From NCBI GenBank assembly GCA_013239625.1, contig MU054323.1, positions 12,655,694 through 12,719,693 on the forward strand: a stretch of DNA of 64,000 bases, read 5' to 3'. Of the stretch, positions 26,457 through 39,773 are shown piece after piece (position 1 is the first letter of the stretch; each line of letters begins with the position of its first letter). The position numbers and the translations under genes are program-made. Under the pieces are notes generated by a model, which was not told where the DNA came from, did not search any database, and saw nothing but the letters and a program-made list of their open reading frames with translations. This stretch comes from Lama guanicoe. Taxonomy: Eukaryota.

Positions 26457-26676
26457 GACACTCTGTTCCTGCAGTTTTGCAGAGTACATTTCATGCCCAG
26501 GCCTGTGAAGAGCTTTTTAAACATTTGTGCATCAGTGGAACCCCAAAGATACGGTTACATACTGGTCTTTTACTTGTTCAACTCTGTGGTGGTGAAAGAT
26601 GGTGGGGCCAGTTTCTTTCTAACGTTCTTCAGGAATTGTACAATTCAGAGCAGCTTCTCATCTTTCCACAGGATAG
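26457..26676 (+). CDS. BIRC6: BIRC6 exon 17
   Basis: taatag|GA CAC..GAT AG|gtaagt; HSVPAVLQSTFHAQACEELFKHLC...EQLLIFPQD. Confidence 0.95.
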
Positions 26677-27276
26677 GTAAGTCAGAAAATACTGGAGTAA
26701 TTTGTTACTATGAGTTATACTTCTCGTAGTCAAAGTTTTGGAAATCTTGTTTATGTGGATATTGAGTGTGGGAAATGAAGCATATCTTTTCAGAGTTTGG
26801 GGAATGCCCAGTGAGGGGAATATTGAAGAAGCTTCTGTATCATATAACTACACTACATTCTTTTGCTTCCTGACTGAATCTGTGGAGTTTATAGACCTGT
26901 GTTTAGGAGTATTTCCTATCAGATCATGTTAGTTTATGTGTCAAAGGTATTTTTTTGAGGTTAAAATTTTCTCTACCTGATTTCTTGTGGATAAAGTTAG
27001 AAAATAAAACTAATAGCTGAGAAGGAGCTGATTTTAACATCATAGTTCCAAATATAAATCTTGCTGAGCATCAGAGTTCAATATGTATTCTGTGAGAATT
27101 GTTCCACATACAGATGTATTTTTGATGTATTTGTAATAGAGGGTGAGCTCTGGATCCTTAAAGCCCCTCTCAAATCTTAAGTATCAAATATTCTAACATT
27201 CTATAATTTTTAAGATGAACAATTAAATTGATTCTTACTGGTTATTTTATTTATTTATCTTTTTTTTTTTTTAAAG

Positions 27277-27410
27277 GGTCTTCATGTTACTTTCCTGCAT
27301 TGGTCAAAGGTCACTTAGTAATAGTGGAGTATTAGAAAGCTTACTTAACCTGTTGGATAATTTACTGTCACCTCTCCAGCCACAGTTACCCATGCATAGG
27401 AGGACAGAAG
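27277..27410 (+). CDS. BIRC6: BIRC6 exon 18
   Basis: poly-T aaag|G GTC..GAA G|gtatta; VFMLLSCIGQRSLSNSGVLESLLNLLDNLLSPLQPQLPMHRRTE. Confidence 0.93.
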
Positions 27411-28139
27411 GTATTATTAAAAGTAGCGATCTTTAGTCAAAACATAGGATTCCTATAAATACTGCTTTTACGAAATGGCTGATCTGAAATATTTATTTCA
27501 GTGTTCATCTTGCTGCACATTTTGTTGTTATTTTTATGATGTAGACTTTTTAGAATGACCAGCCTTCATGTGACTGACTGCAGTATGGGGTTATTGGTTT
27601 TTAAATGTGTTTCATCATGTGAATTTTGAACTTGGAAATTGTGATATGTTGTTTCTATACTATCATAATTAAAATTAAACTCATGTTTAAATTTAAGGCA
27701 GTGTTGCTGTTCTGATCATTGATAATGAGCTTCATTTGAACAATAAAATAGTTATTGAAATAAAAACTTTAAAACATGGTTTAAAACTATGTAAATTATA
27801 AATTGAGAGTTAAAATTTTTATGTCAGGCACCTGTAAGTCTAAGAGTAGGTGTCTTATACCTTGTTTTCTAGTTTATAAGTTATTATCTGTTGGATTCAA
27901 ACTATACTTAAGAATCTGTTTTTGTTCCGTGAAGTGTTTGTCAGATCTTTCATTTGATTCAATGTGTTACTCGATTTGTAGGCTTCAGTTTTGAGGTTTA
28001 TTATAAATAAATATTAATGTTTATAATTATATCATGTGTTTTGGATTTATAAAATATCTTAATTTTATAATTATTTTATCAGACTTCATTAGTACTCTTA
28101 AAGTCACGGGATTACTTTTTCCCTTTTATTTCTGTATAG

Positions 28140-28277
28140 GAGTACTAGATATTCCCATGATCAGTTGGGTTGTTATGCTGGTGTCCAGGTTGCTGGATTA
28201 TGTAGCAACTGTAGAAGATGAAGCAGCAGCTGCAAAGAAACCTTTGAATGGTAAAGACAGAGAGAGGTTTCTGACAG
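28140..28277 (+). CDS. BIRC6: BIRC6 exon 19 (alternative donors after 28250 or 28277)
   Basis: gtatag|GA GTA; VLDIPMISWVVMLVSRLLDYVATVEDEAAAAKKPLN then AAT G|gtaaag or ACA G|gtatca. Confidence 0.92.
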
Positions 28278-29629
28278 GTATCAGAAGTTTATAATAATCT
28301 TTGGTGGGGATTTTGAGTGACTGTGAAGTTTTCCCCTAACTTGCTTTGTCCTGGAGATTTCAGCTGTATGTAAAATGTTAGTTAACTTTACCAGGAATAA
28401 CAGACATATAAGTGAAGTTTACGAGAAGGAAATCTGTGAAGAGTAATTGTAGTTTTATGTTATTTAGTATAGTGTATCATTCCATTTACCATTATAGAAT
28501 ATAGTTCTACTAATGAATTACAAATGACTTTTATGCTTAGATACAGAAATTCCCAGATTTTTGTGAGTTGTAATCTTTCTCCAGAAGTCTGAGTCAGAGA
28601 AAATTTTTTATATTAAAGGAAATAAGACCGCAAGACAAATTATTTTCTTCCCTTCTTCCAAGTTAACGAGACTTTTAAGAAATACCTACATTTAGTATGT
28701 AAATACAGACAAAAGGTGCCATAAAATTTGGAGTTTTAAACATTGTTAGGATTCTAGTATTGAAAAAGATCCCTTGAGATGTTTTATTGATGCACATTAT
28801 GTTTGAAAATAGGGTGGAGAATTCTTTTTATGTACAGAAAGTTTGTCTTACATATATTTAGTTTTTAAATGCTGTATGTGTCTGAGTCAGTTCAGTCAGT
28901 TACAGGATATATAGATAAGACATTACAACTACCTGTGAAGTTGGACTATAATAGTACATTGTATGGGAGGTCTTAGTTTTTATTTACAGCATTCATGCAT
29001 TTTGCAAACACATTGGTGGAAGACATATTTTTAGGGTTGGAAGAATTTGAACTGGCTTGACAAAAGGATAGTAGAGAATAGAAAAAGATGTCATTAGGTT
29101 AAGATGTGAAAAAATCATTGAGGATGGGTAAAGTGTGGGAGGGATTAAGCCTGAACTGAATGGGAGAATGGCGAGTAAGGAATACCCTGGACACATTCCA
29201 AAATGAGACTAAGTTGAGCTACGCAGCATGGTTTTTGAACTATTCAGCCTTATTTATGCAGTCATTAAGTCAGATTATTGAGTATCCCTTTTTCTGGTCC
29301 CTGCACAGAAGTATGTGAGTTTGGCATAGGTAACAGTGAGCATTTTCTTGTTGTTACAGTGGAGTGACATTATCAAAGCTGTGTTGTACAGAGATTAAAC
29401 AGTTGTGGAGAAAGAAGGAAAGATTGGAGGCAGAGAAGTCGCGTAGGGTCTAGGTTAGCCTTTCTAGTGTCAGATCTTCTTAGCAATTTGTTTACAATGA
29501 GTTCCTTAATTTTTAATAAAACTGTTTTGTCATGATTGGCACATTTATCATTTTGCGTTTTCTGGCTATGAATAGTACATTAAAATCACATTTAACATAA
29601 TTTTTAATACAACCTTTTTTGCCCTATAG

Positions 29630-29757
29630 GTAACCAGTGGAGTTTTATTAACAATAATCTGCACACCCAGAACATAAATAGGTCTTCCAAAGGCAGCAGT
29701 AGCCTTGATAGATTATATTCCAGAAAAATAAGAAAGCAGCTAGTTCATCATAAACAG
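29630..29757 (+). CDS. BIRC6: BIRC6 exon 20
   Basis: ctatag|GT AAC..CAG|gtaata; NQWSFINNNLHTQNINRSSKGSSSLDRLYSRKIRKQLVHHKQ. Confidence 0.95.
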
Positions 29758-30959
29758 GTAATTTTTGATATTTTTTTGTTTGTTTTAGTATTTGAGACAT
29801 TGTTTGAGATGGACTTGCCATCAGACCTTACATATGACATTAATGAAATACTTAGGGAAATTATTTAACACTTTTGACACTGAGTTTCCTTATTTGTAAG
29901 ATGGCAAAAATATGTAGTTTACAAATTTTAGGTGATGTCCTTTTAACTGTCTCTACCTCTTCACATCTTTGTTACTACCATTCTAAGTGAGGCCATCATT
30001 TGCCTGTCGAAAGGCCTATCTGCATTTGTTCTTTGTCAGTCTGGTCCATTTTTCATGCTACCCCTAGAGAGTTCTTTTTAGATACAAACCTGATCATATG
30101 TCTCCTTCTCTAAATTATTAGTGGCTTCCAATTGACATTTGGATAATGGTCAAACTCCTTAACATGGCTTTAGCATGTCTATTATCTGCCCATCTAACTT
30201 TCAGTTTTCAATTTTGATCTGTCTATTGAATTTGAGTTCCTGGACCATCCATTTCAGTTTTTTCATTTAGCATGTTCTGATCTCCTCTCTACCCCATACC
30301 TTTCAATTTACTCTTTAGCTTGGATAATCTAACTTATTTTTCAGACGTTAGTTCATATTCACTTCCTCAAAAAGGTATTCCCTGGTTTCTAAATTAGTAT
30401 CCCATAAAATATGTTCCCCATTCATCCTATATTCTCGAATAGTTTAGGGAGAAAATGTCTTTGTACAGCAGGAACTAAGATTGCTGTTTCAAAATAAGTT
30501 AAAAATTACATTTTCTCTTGGTTATAATTGTTGTATATGTTAATGTAGAACTTTTGGAACAGTTTTCTGAAAATACTGATTTGCATTAGTTGTCACATTG
30601 ACATGACTGACATATGTTGATTATTTAATACATGTGCATGCTGGTTTTAAATTAGGATACATTTTTCTTCATATATAGAGATAATAGCCATGTGGATATT
30701 TCTTTATAATAGTAGTTCTTTCTTTCCTGATAACAAAAATATAGCAGCAGCAGAAATATAGGAAATACTCTTTTAAAAAGTAGATTTATTAACTTCTTAA
30801 CTAAATAATTCAGTTATAATTATGACTATAATGTTCTAGTGACTTTCTGTATTGAGTAATGTTCCTTGTAATGAATATATGGGAAAGTGGTCATTTAACA
30901 TATTTTTAAATCTTTTTAGCAGAATTTTTTTTTTATCTCCCTTTTGGTGTATTTGGTCA

Positions 30960-31335
30960 TCTCAGCCTACTAGTGGTTACCAGGGGTAGGGATGGGGCAG
31001 AAGCGGGAGGAGGATGGACAGCGTAAAAGGACAGCATGAGGGAACTGTGTGGTGATGGAACTGTTTATAAACTATAGTGGTGGATACCTGAGCCAACAAA
31101 AGTGTAGAATTCTATAGAACTCATATACATAAACACAGACACAAATGAGTACAAGTGAAACTGGAGAAATCTGAAAAATTTTGGTCAATTCTAACAATGT
31201 CATTACTGTGTTATATTATGCTATTGTTTTGCAAAATGTTATCTTTGGAGGAAGTTGAGTGAAGTGTACAAGAGATCTCTGCATTATTTCTTACAACTGC
31301 AAATGAATTTACAGTTATCTCAATAAAATTTTTCA
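30960..31335 (+). mobile_element. Old L1 (L1M-type) 3' end
   Basis: gtggttaccagggg..ggtgatggaactgtt..cattatttcttacaactgca..atctcaataaaa. Confidence 0.6.
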
Positions 31336-31747
31336 TAAAAACCATAAACATACCAAAAAATACTACTCTTGAAGGAGATTCCCATAAAAGCAAAGCTAAG
31401 AATATTGTGCAATAGAAGTATTTTCACCAAGTATTTAAAAATAATTATTTTCCTCCATTTAAAAAATATGTCCATCACCAGTCTCATTAGTGGCTTACAT
31501 AAAAGTCTTCCAGTTTTGTCTCTTCTCCCAGGGCTAAGAAACTAATTCTCAGTTATAACATGGGGAGGTCTTTTAGTTGGGATTTGGAAATGATTTTTTA
31601 AAAACCAGCAATGTAGTTAAAACTAATTTTTCAAGGAAATACTTATTCCATTAGTTTTATATATGGATTCGGTGAGGAGTACAGTAATTTACTTTCTTAT
31701 TTTTTACATTGTTAACTCTAAGATCTTTTTTTTTTTTTTTTTTAAAG

Positions 31748-31879
31748 CAACTGAACTTACTAAAAGCAAAACAGAAGGCTTTGGTAGAACAGATGGAAAA
31801 AGAAAAAATACAAAGTAACAAAGGATCATCATATAAACTTCTGGTAGAGCAGGCAAAATTAAAGCAAGCTACATCAAAG
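31748..31879 (+). CDS. BIRC6: BIRC6 exon 21
   Basis: poly-T aaag|CAA..AAG|gtaaga; QLNLLKAKQKALVEQMEKEKIQSNKGSSYKLLVEQAKLKQATSK. Confidence 0.95.
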
Positions 31880-32685
31880 GTAAGATCTGTACTTTTTAAT
31901 GTAATTATATTATAAAAGTCACTCTCCCTTTTAGTATTTTAAATTATTTGAGAAGTTTCCTGGTCATTATTAAAGCTAGTTAAATATTATGTTATTCTCC
32001 TTATCAAGAGAAAACTCTGTTCTAAATACTTTCTTTTTTTTTTTTTTGGATAGGTAGCTTTTAACTCAAAGAAATAAATGTGGACTTTAAGTATTTTCTA
32101 GTGTATTCCCTTTAAAGTGTATTGTGTTCCAGTAAATTGAAGATAAAAGGACTCAGGAAATACATAGTTTTCCTATTGTGTCTTTTCTAAGTGAAAATTA
32201 AGTTCAACGATTTGTAGACAAAATTTTTAAAAAGACTTTTTTTTTAATTTGGGAGAGATAAAACATATGTAGCAACCAAGTTTATGTATTGTGTTTCTGT
32301 AAGTATGACAGTATAGTTATTCCATCAGATTTTAAAATAATACTTTATACCTTAGGTTTCTTTACCATCCATCTTTTATGAATTATGTTTAGGATGTTTT
32401 GGTAATGTTCATTTAAGATGTTATATTTGACCTTTCTATAGAATTTCACCTTTCTGAAACTCTGTTATGTATCTGGTACCTTACTCTAAAATAGGACACA
32501 TGGTATATTGGTTAGTATAGTTTTTAGTAATTTTATTGTTTGAAGCTTATGGTTTGCCTTAAAAATTTCGTTCTTTAGAATTTGTAAGTTTTCTGAGTGA
32601 GTATTTTGATTCCATAAGTAAATTTGTACTGAAAGAATTTTCATTCAATAAACATTGATTTAAATACTGTGAATTTTTGTGATAG

Positions 32686-32901
32686 CACTTTAAGGATTTA
32701 ATTCGGTTACGTCGGACAGCAGAATGGTCCCGTTCTAATTTAGACACAGAAGTTACAACAACAAAAGAAAGTCCAGAGATAGAACCACTTCCATTTACCC
32801 TGGCCCATGAACGTTGTATTTCAGTTGTCCAGAAACTTGTCTTGTTTCTCCTCTCCATGGATTTTACATGCCATGCAGATCTCTTACTATTTGTTTGTAA
32901 G
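32686..32901 (+). CDS. BIRC6: BIRC6 exon 22
   Basis: gatag|CAC..AAG|gtaagt; HFKDLIRLRRTAEWSRSNLDTEV...MDFTCHADLLLFVCK. Confidence 0.95.
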
Positions 32902-33494
32902 GTAAGTAAATTAGTAAGCATAGTTTATAATTATAAACTTAAGGGTAAGAAAAATAATTAAGAAAAAAATTCAGTTTTTAATTGAATTTTAAGAGAAATA
33001 AAAGTGCTTTCATTGGTTTTCCTTTTATGCCATTTAGTTTTTTTTTTAATGTGCTTTGAAATATTTTAAAATATTTTGTCAGTTATTTCTCAGAAGACCT
33101 GATGCATGATTTTAATCCTGTTAAAACTAGATTAATGTAGATTTGAAATGTCAGTAATATAGGTATATCTATCTACCCTTTTTCTATTAATTAAAATTGG
33201 AAATATACAAATAATGATCAAATTATAGCGGTGAAGGGTGTATTATGCTACTGGAAGGCTTTCCTGTAGCATATTCATTGTTTACAGAAATTATTTTAAA
33301 CTATTCAACCCACATTTTTAACCAGATTTTAATATTTGATCCATGAAATTATATTTCTTTTGCATTCCATGTCAGACAGTCATTTTGAAATCAAAAGTGT
33401 ATCTCATTGAAAACTATTACTCTAACTCTTAATTTTAGGAGAAAACTTATGTAATTGCTATTTATAGCATATGATTTTGTGAAATGTATTGCAG

Positions 33495-33678
33495 GTTCTT
33501 GCACGTATTGCGAATGCCACCAGGCCAACTATACATCTGTGTGAGATTGTGAATGAACCCCAGCTGGAAAGACTGCTATTACTTCTGGTTGGAACTGACT
33601 TCAATAGAGGAGATATATCTTGGGGCGGTGCTTGGGCTCAATATTCCTTAACTTGTATGATACAGGATATTTTAGCAG
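33495..33678 (+). CDS. BIRC6: BIRC6 exon 23
   Basis: ttgcag|GTT..GCA G|gttggt; VLARIANATRPTIHLCEIVNEPQLER...SLTCMIQDILA. Confidence 0.95.
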
Positions 33679-34308
33679 GTTGGTTAGGATTTATTTTTAA
33701 TAGGATATGTCAAAATTAGCTTGCCTCTGCTTGACAAAATAATCTTAAATGGAAACCGTGACCTCAAAAGCATGAAATGTTTCTTTCATGTTATAGCAGT
33801 AGCAACCAGTTAGGGTTATTTTGTATTTAATTATGTTGACAGCTGAGTTAAATCCAAGTGTTTTATGGAGGAGCTGAGTTGTTAAAGTGCAGGAATATTG
33901 GAGGTAGTAGGCTTCCTCATTAATACCAGCAGTGGGCTGCTTCCTGGTTTTTTATGTGGACTTGAGGAAGGTGCTCCCTGTTCCTCAGTTTCTTCAGTCT
34001 GTAAAATAGTACCTTCCTTATGAAGTTATTTTGTTGAATAAGTGAGTTAATATATGTAAAGTGAATATAATAACTCCTTGTTTATATTTTACATTTTGTG
34101 TTTTCTGCTAGTCACTTGTCCTTAGCATTTGATGATGATACAGTGTGTCCTAGCATGGATAGGTGGGGACTCACTTGCCTCAGAATTTTTATAGGTGATA
34201 GAGTACACATGCTTTCATTCACTAAACTGGAGGAAAAAGTATGTTGTAATATGTTTTGGATGTGTGTTTATAAATTACTGAAGCAGTTATGATGTTTCTT
34301 ACCTACAG

Positions 34309-34464
34309 GAGAATTGCTGGCTCCAGTGGCTGCAGAAGCCATGGAGGAAGCAACAGTGAGCGATGATGTAGGTGCAACAGCTGGCGACTCTGATGACTCC
34401 CTTCAGCAGTCTTCAGTTCAGTTGCTGGAAACTATAGATGAACCTTTGACACATGATATAACAG
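34309..34464 (+). CDS. BIRC6: BIRC6 exon 24
   Basis: ctacag|GA GAA..ACA G|gtacat; ELLAPVAAEAMEEATVSDDVGATAGDSDDSLQQSSVQLLETIDEPLTHDIT. Confidence 0.95.
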
Positions 34465-35853
34465 GTACATTCTTTGAATCATGTTTTACTTAAAATATCC
34501 TTAGATCTTTCTAAGAAAAATGAAAATTATATTTCAAAATTAAAAGTATTAATGAAGTATAAAATTAAGTTTTATATTAGATCTTTAGCCTTACTAACCA
34601 TATCAGTTATTTTCCTGATAAATATGTTTTGCTTTGATTTTCTGAATGCTTATAATAAAATGGTATCCTTTCATAGTGTCCAGGTTATTTTGATATGATC
34701 TGTTTTAGCTCTGTACAACCTAGAAAATAGTTAAAGATACACAGTGATGAAGACAGAAAGATTCAAGGCTCTTGTTCTATTTTCTTTCCTTGTTTTCTAC
34801 CTTTTCAAAAACTATAATTTGTATCTTAGCATGCACAGTCCTTTTTGGTATACTCTCAGGTTTTCAAGACTCTGTTTTAGTCATTATATTATCAGTTATT
34901 TATATATTGCAGATGCTGTGGTCATTTCAACCATCTGTGTTTCTTAATCTTAGAGTCCCTCATGATTTTAGCCCTTCTACCTGATAGTCCCTTTATCTGG
35001 AATAGACTTTCTTCTCTTATTTGCATGATGAGCTCCTTATCTAAGATTCACGTAGAGCATGCCCTCGTGCAAGGAACTTTTTCCTTTACCACCAACAATG
35101 TTGGAGGCTCCCATCGGTGCTGCCTACATTCTTGATTGTCTCTGATAGCACTTACCATGCTGTAGTTAGTTTGATTTCTGTAGTCTATCCTCACCTCTGA
35201 AGCTCTGTTAATTTATTGGAGGGTAGAAATTTATTAATCTTCATATACTGAAAACCTAATACAGGCTGGCATTTTTCTCTGCATTCTATAAATATATGTT
35301 GAATAAAAGAGGGTAGGAAGGGAAGAAAAATAAGGATTGTAAGGAATAGAAGGCTAGTTAAGAATTTGGAGTCATCTGAGAGCAAATTAATTTCTAATTC
35401 ATACTAGAAAAACAAGATGAATAGCAGTTTTAAAACTTAAATCTTTGCTTTTCACTTTATTACTGGGTATCATTTCTTTAACTACTGGATGTAATATAAT
35501 AAATTATGTATTGGAGGGAATAAAATGAATAATATTGTCCATCCTAGAAATGATTAATAATTATTTGTAATAGCAAAGTTTATGCCACTTGATTCAATAT
35601 AGTACTGTGGTCTTTTTTCCCTAGGAGATCAGGTGTTATTGCACTGGTGTTTTTAATTGTGTGTTATAGAATGGTATATTTACATACTTATTAATGTTTA
35701 ATTGTCAAGTATAAAAATTTAGAGATTTTTATATCAGTAGGAACATATGTTATACATAAGTAAAGTAACTTTTTCTGTAATTAAAAGCAATATATTGGTT
35801 AAATTTTATGTTATATACTCCACCAAAAAGAAATCACTTTTAATTATTTGAAG

Positions 35854-35987
35854 GTGCACCTCCTCTTTCTTCATTGGAAAAAGATAAAGAAATTGATCTT
35901 GAGCTACTTCAGGATCTAATGGAAGTTGACATTGATCCTTTAGATATTGATTTGGAAAAGGATCCTCTTGCAGCCAAAGTTTTTAAG
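35854..35987 (+). CDS. BIRC6: BIRC6 exon 25
   Basis: ttgaag|GT GCA..AAG|gtatga; APPLSSLEKDKEIDLELLQDLMEVDIDPLDIDLEKDPLAAKVFK. Confidence 0.93.
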
Positions 35988-36618
35988 GTATGATACTCTA
36001 AAGAATTCTTTGCAATTAAAATGTTTCATGTTATACTTTTGATTTATTAGTTACGTAAAAGAGGAAAATATACATCTAATGTAGCCCATTATTCAGTTTA
36101 CTCAAAGTTAAATTGCTATAGGTACGCTAGTAGACTAATACTAGTGAACAGTATAAGGACAACTTATACCATTTTATTAATATAGCCACTAACATCTCAT
36201 ATGTTAATAAGAACCACTAACAAGCATGGAAGTATAGTTATGGACTCAACATTTCAAGCAGCATTTTAGTTCATCCAAGTTAAGTTCATTGCAGAGTCTA
36301 CTTTGTTAGCTGTAGCTTTTTCTAAAGGAGATACATCTCCTTTATTTTGATTCATTTTGTGTGTAGGAGATTTTATTCAAGATGTTAGTTATCTCTCAGA
36401 TTCTAATAAATAAGATGTTTTTAGATTTTGGGATGTAATGGAGAGACTATTACTGAACCATCCCTATAGATCATTAAGATTATAAGTATGTTTTAGAAAT
36501 TGAAAGGGTGAAGAGAATATTTATTTTGTAGCCCTATATGAGCTTAGGTAAAGTAAACAATATGTCACTCTTCCTGAAGAGGCAAAAATAAACCACAGTT
36601 TTTTCCTATTCTTTTAAG

Positions 36619-36772
36619 CCAATAAGCAGTACATGGTATGACTATTGGGGTGCTGATTATGGCACCTACAATTACAACCCTTACATTGGAGGCCTTGGAA
36701 TTCCTGTAGCAAAGCCACCAGCAAATACAGAGAAGAATGGATCACAGACAGTTAGTGTTTCGGTGTCTCAAG
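36619..36772 (+). CDS. BIRC6: BIRC6 exon 26
   Basis: tttaag|CCA..CAA G|gtaagt; PISSTWYDYWGADYGTYNYNPYIGGLGIPVAKPPANTEKNGSQTVSVSVSQ. Confidence 0.95.
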
Positions 36773-37432
36773 GTAAGTGTGTGTTCATATTTTAAGGCAT
36801 AAGCTACTCTTAAAACAAGTCCTAAATTTATGCATGTTTTGTCTCTTGAGAATTTGAGCCTCTGTGTATGTGGAGAGGGTTGAATGTTACGGAGGTGCCA
36901 TGAGAGTGACTGACATTCAGAGCTTTATGTTGCTCAGTGTGGAAGAACTTCTATTAATGGTCCATCTTTTGTTTCTCAAAATAACACCTTGCAAAATACA
37001 TTTGCGAGTTGTGTGGGTTTGCTAATTGTACTTTCTTTTGTTTTTATTGTTAATAAAAAATTTATATTTTACTTGCAAACAGAATGAAATCATGTTGAGT
37101 ATTATTTTTGTACTCTTCTAGTCACACCAAGTATATTACTTTTTTTTTATAAATCTTTCTGTAAATTTTGAAACAATAGTACATTTACCAAAAAGTTGCA
37201 AGTATAATGCAGAGAACATTTGTTATCGTGACCCATTTGGGAATAAGTTGCCAATCTGATGTTTTTTTGTTTTGTTTGTTTTACAAACCAAGACATTTCT
37301 TGTATATAAACACATCAGGAAGCACATTCCATCTAAATCGGGAAATTAACCCATTCAGGTTTCAGCAGTTGTATCTAAATAAAAATGTCCTTTATGCAGA
37401 AGCATCCAGTACAGAAACATGCATTGCATTTA

Positions 37433-37641
37433 CAGTTGAACCTTGAACAAGGTTGGGGTGAGGGTGCCCACCTCCACACAGTTGAAAACCTGTGCTTAAC
37501 TTTACAGTTGGCCCTCCCTATCTGAGATTCTTGCATCCATGCATTTAGCCAACTAAGGATTGTATACTGCGTATTTATTTTAAAAAGTCCACATATAAGT
37601 AGATACATGCAGTTAAAACTGTGTTGTTTAAGGATCAGCTG
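37433..37641 (-). mobile_element. Second Tigger2/MER8-like MITE, inverted relative to the 16420 copy
   Basis: TA-cagttgaaccttgaacaa ... ttgtttaaggatcagctg-TA; internal atataagtagatacatgcagttaaaac resembles the reverse complement of the first copy's 5' part. Confidence 0.75.
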
Positions 37642-38957
37642 TAGGTGTCATATCTCTTCAGTCTCACTTAGCCTGCCACAGTTTGTCAGAGGTAACTTTC
37701 ATGACCTTGATGCTTTTAAAGATTGTAAGACAGTTATTTTGTAGAATGTCCCTCTGTTTCGGTTTGTATGCTGTTTCCTCATGATTAGATTTTGGTCATG
37801 CATCTTTCACAGAACTATCACGAAAGTATAATGTTCAGGCTTTCTTATTGCATCCTATTAGGTGGCTCATGATTTTAAATTTGGACCACTGCTGATGCTT
37901 TTAAGTTTATTTAATTCATAAAGGAGATGTCTGCCAGTCTTCTCCATTGTAAAATTACTCTTTTCCCCTTTGTAAAAAAATTGGGGAATTGGGGTGGCAG
38001 AGCAACAACTTGGAAACTATTCCTTTTTTAAAAAATTACTATTTATCTAGTTTTGAATAGACCAGTGAAAATGTTTTATTCAGTGGGTTATAGTTTGTTG
38101 TTATTATTCTTTATTTGTTTTTATTGAAGTAGAATATAGAAAACATAAAATTTACTATTTTAGCCATTTTTAAGTGTATAGTTCCATGGCATTAAGTGTA
38201 TTCACAGTGTTGTCATTATTTATTTTGTTGTTCAAATTGTCCCTGACTTGACCAGTGGTATCTCTTTTAAGCTGGTCTCTTTCTCTTTGGCATACCTCAT
38301 CTTTGAGCAGTTCTTCATTTTCTGGCACAATAGGATGCCCCAGGCTCATCATTTACATGCCCTTTCCCAGACTGGATATTAGCCACTTGATGAAGGAAAA
38401 AAATATTTCAAAAACTTTCATTGGAGAGATGTGATTAAGGATTCAAGATTTGAGTACTAGATATAGTTAGTGCTAATTTTTGGTTGTTTCTTTGCCCTCT
38501 TAATGGACAAATCTAGGGAGTGTGTATACACATTTGTGTTTATATTTATTTCTCTATCTATTTATTTCTCTAAAATGCCATGAGTTCACATTGATAATCA
38601 GTTCTTTTAACTGTAATCTAACTCCAAAGACTTCAGTTTAGTTTTCTCATTTTCTGTATTTCTCTTTTCTCTAACAGTGAGGTTCTCATTATTCTTAATT
38701 TGTTTGCTTCTGTCTTCATTGCTTCACTTATTTGCTCCACCTCTCTCTGTATATCCACTCTCCCATCTCAGCCTCCCTTGCACAGATGCTGTTACCTGCT
38801 GTGGCTCTGATACCCCATGCCAGATCGTTCCAATGTGAGGACACACTCCTTACCCTGTTTTGAGTTCCAATGGCAACATGTTATTTTAGGAAGTAGGCCT
38901 TGAATAATAATTATTAAATAGCTTGGGTTTTTTTTTCCTTTTAATTGCTTTTGGTAG

Positions 38958-39074
38958 CCTTAGATGCTCGCCTAGAAGTTGGACTCGAGCAACAAGCAGA
39001 ACTTATGTTGAAAATGATGTCTACCCTGGAAGCGGATTCCATTTTACAGGCATTGACAAATACATCTCCTACAT
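38958..39074 (+). CDS. BIRC6: BIRC6 exon 27
   Basis: tggtag|CC TTA..ACA T|gtaagc; LDARLEVGLEQQAELMLKMMSTLEADSILQALTNTSPT. Confidence 0.95.
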
Positions 39075-39214
39075 GTAAGCAAAAGTCACTATTTTTAGAA
39101 TGTTACAGTGAATAATTTATCTCTTCAGTATTTGCAGGTGCACTCAGAAAGGATAGATTTTTAAATTCCATGTCTGATGGGAATCTGAGGGGACTGTGCA
39201 TGTGTGTGCATGCA

Positions 39215-39235
39215 TGTGTGTGTGTGTGTGTGTGT
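39215..39235. repeat. (TG)n microsatellite
   Basis: about 10 TG units read directly. Confidence 0.9.
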
Positions 39236-39609
39236 CTCACCTCTCCCTTGCTAAGTTAGTAGCAAGTTGAGAAATAAGACAAAGGATTAATGAATTGGGA
39301 GAGTAGAGGGGGAGCAAAATACCTACGTGTAGTGGTTTTTAATTCAGTTGAAAAACCTGAGTCATGTTTTTGTTATTGTGGTGTTGTGAAGTTAATGAAA
39401 TTCCTGGCAAAGCCTGCATAGGTAGCTGCCTGGGAGTTTGTTGCATTATATCCAAATTTATGATAAAGTGGGTTTTTAATAGTAACATCTTTATCATCCT
39501 TGAAGTCTAGGACCTAGATAAGGACGACAGCTAAATGGGCCTACTTGAACTGCAGAATTGAGAGGATTTACTACAGCAAAAGAAGGAAAACTTTTTATAG
39601 TTTTTCTGG

Positions 39610-39773
39610 GGCTGTGCAGTGTGTATTGCAACTATACATTCTGACTTTGTAGCAGTAAAGCAACTGTAGACGATATATGCCTAAATGAATAGGCATGGCT
39701 ATTAAAGAAACTGTGTCACAGAATCTGGTGGCCTGCCACATTTGGCCACTAGGACATGGTTTGCTGACCCGTG
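39610..39773 (+). mobile_element. MER58-like hAT MITE fragment
   Basis: 3' terminus-like catttggccactaggacatggtttgctgacccgtg. Confidence 0.45.
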
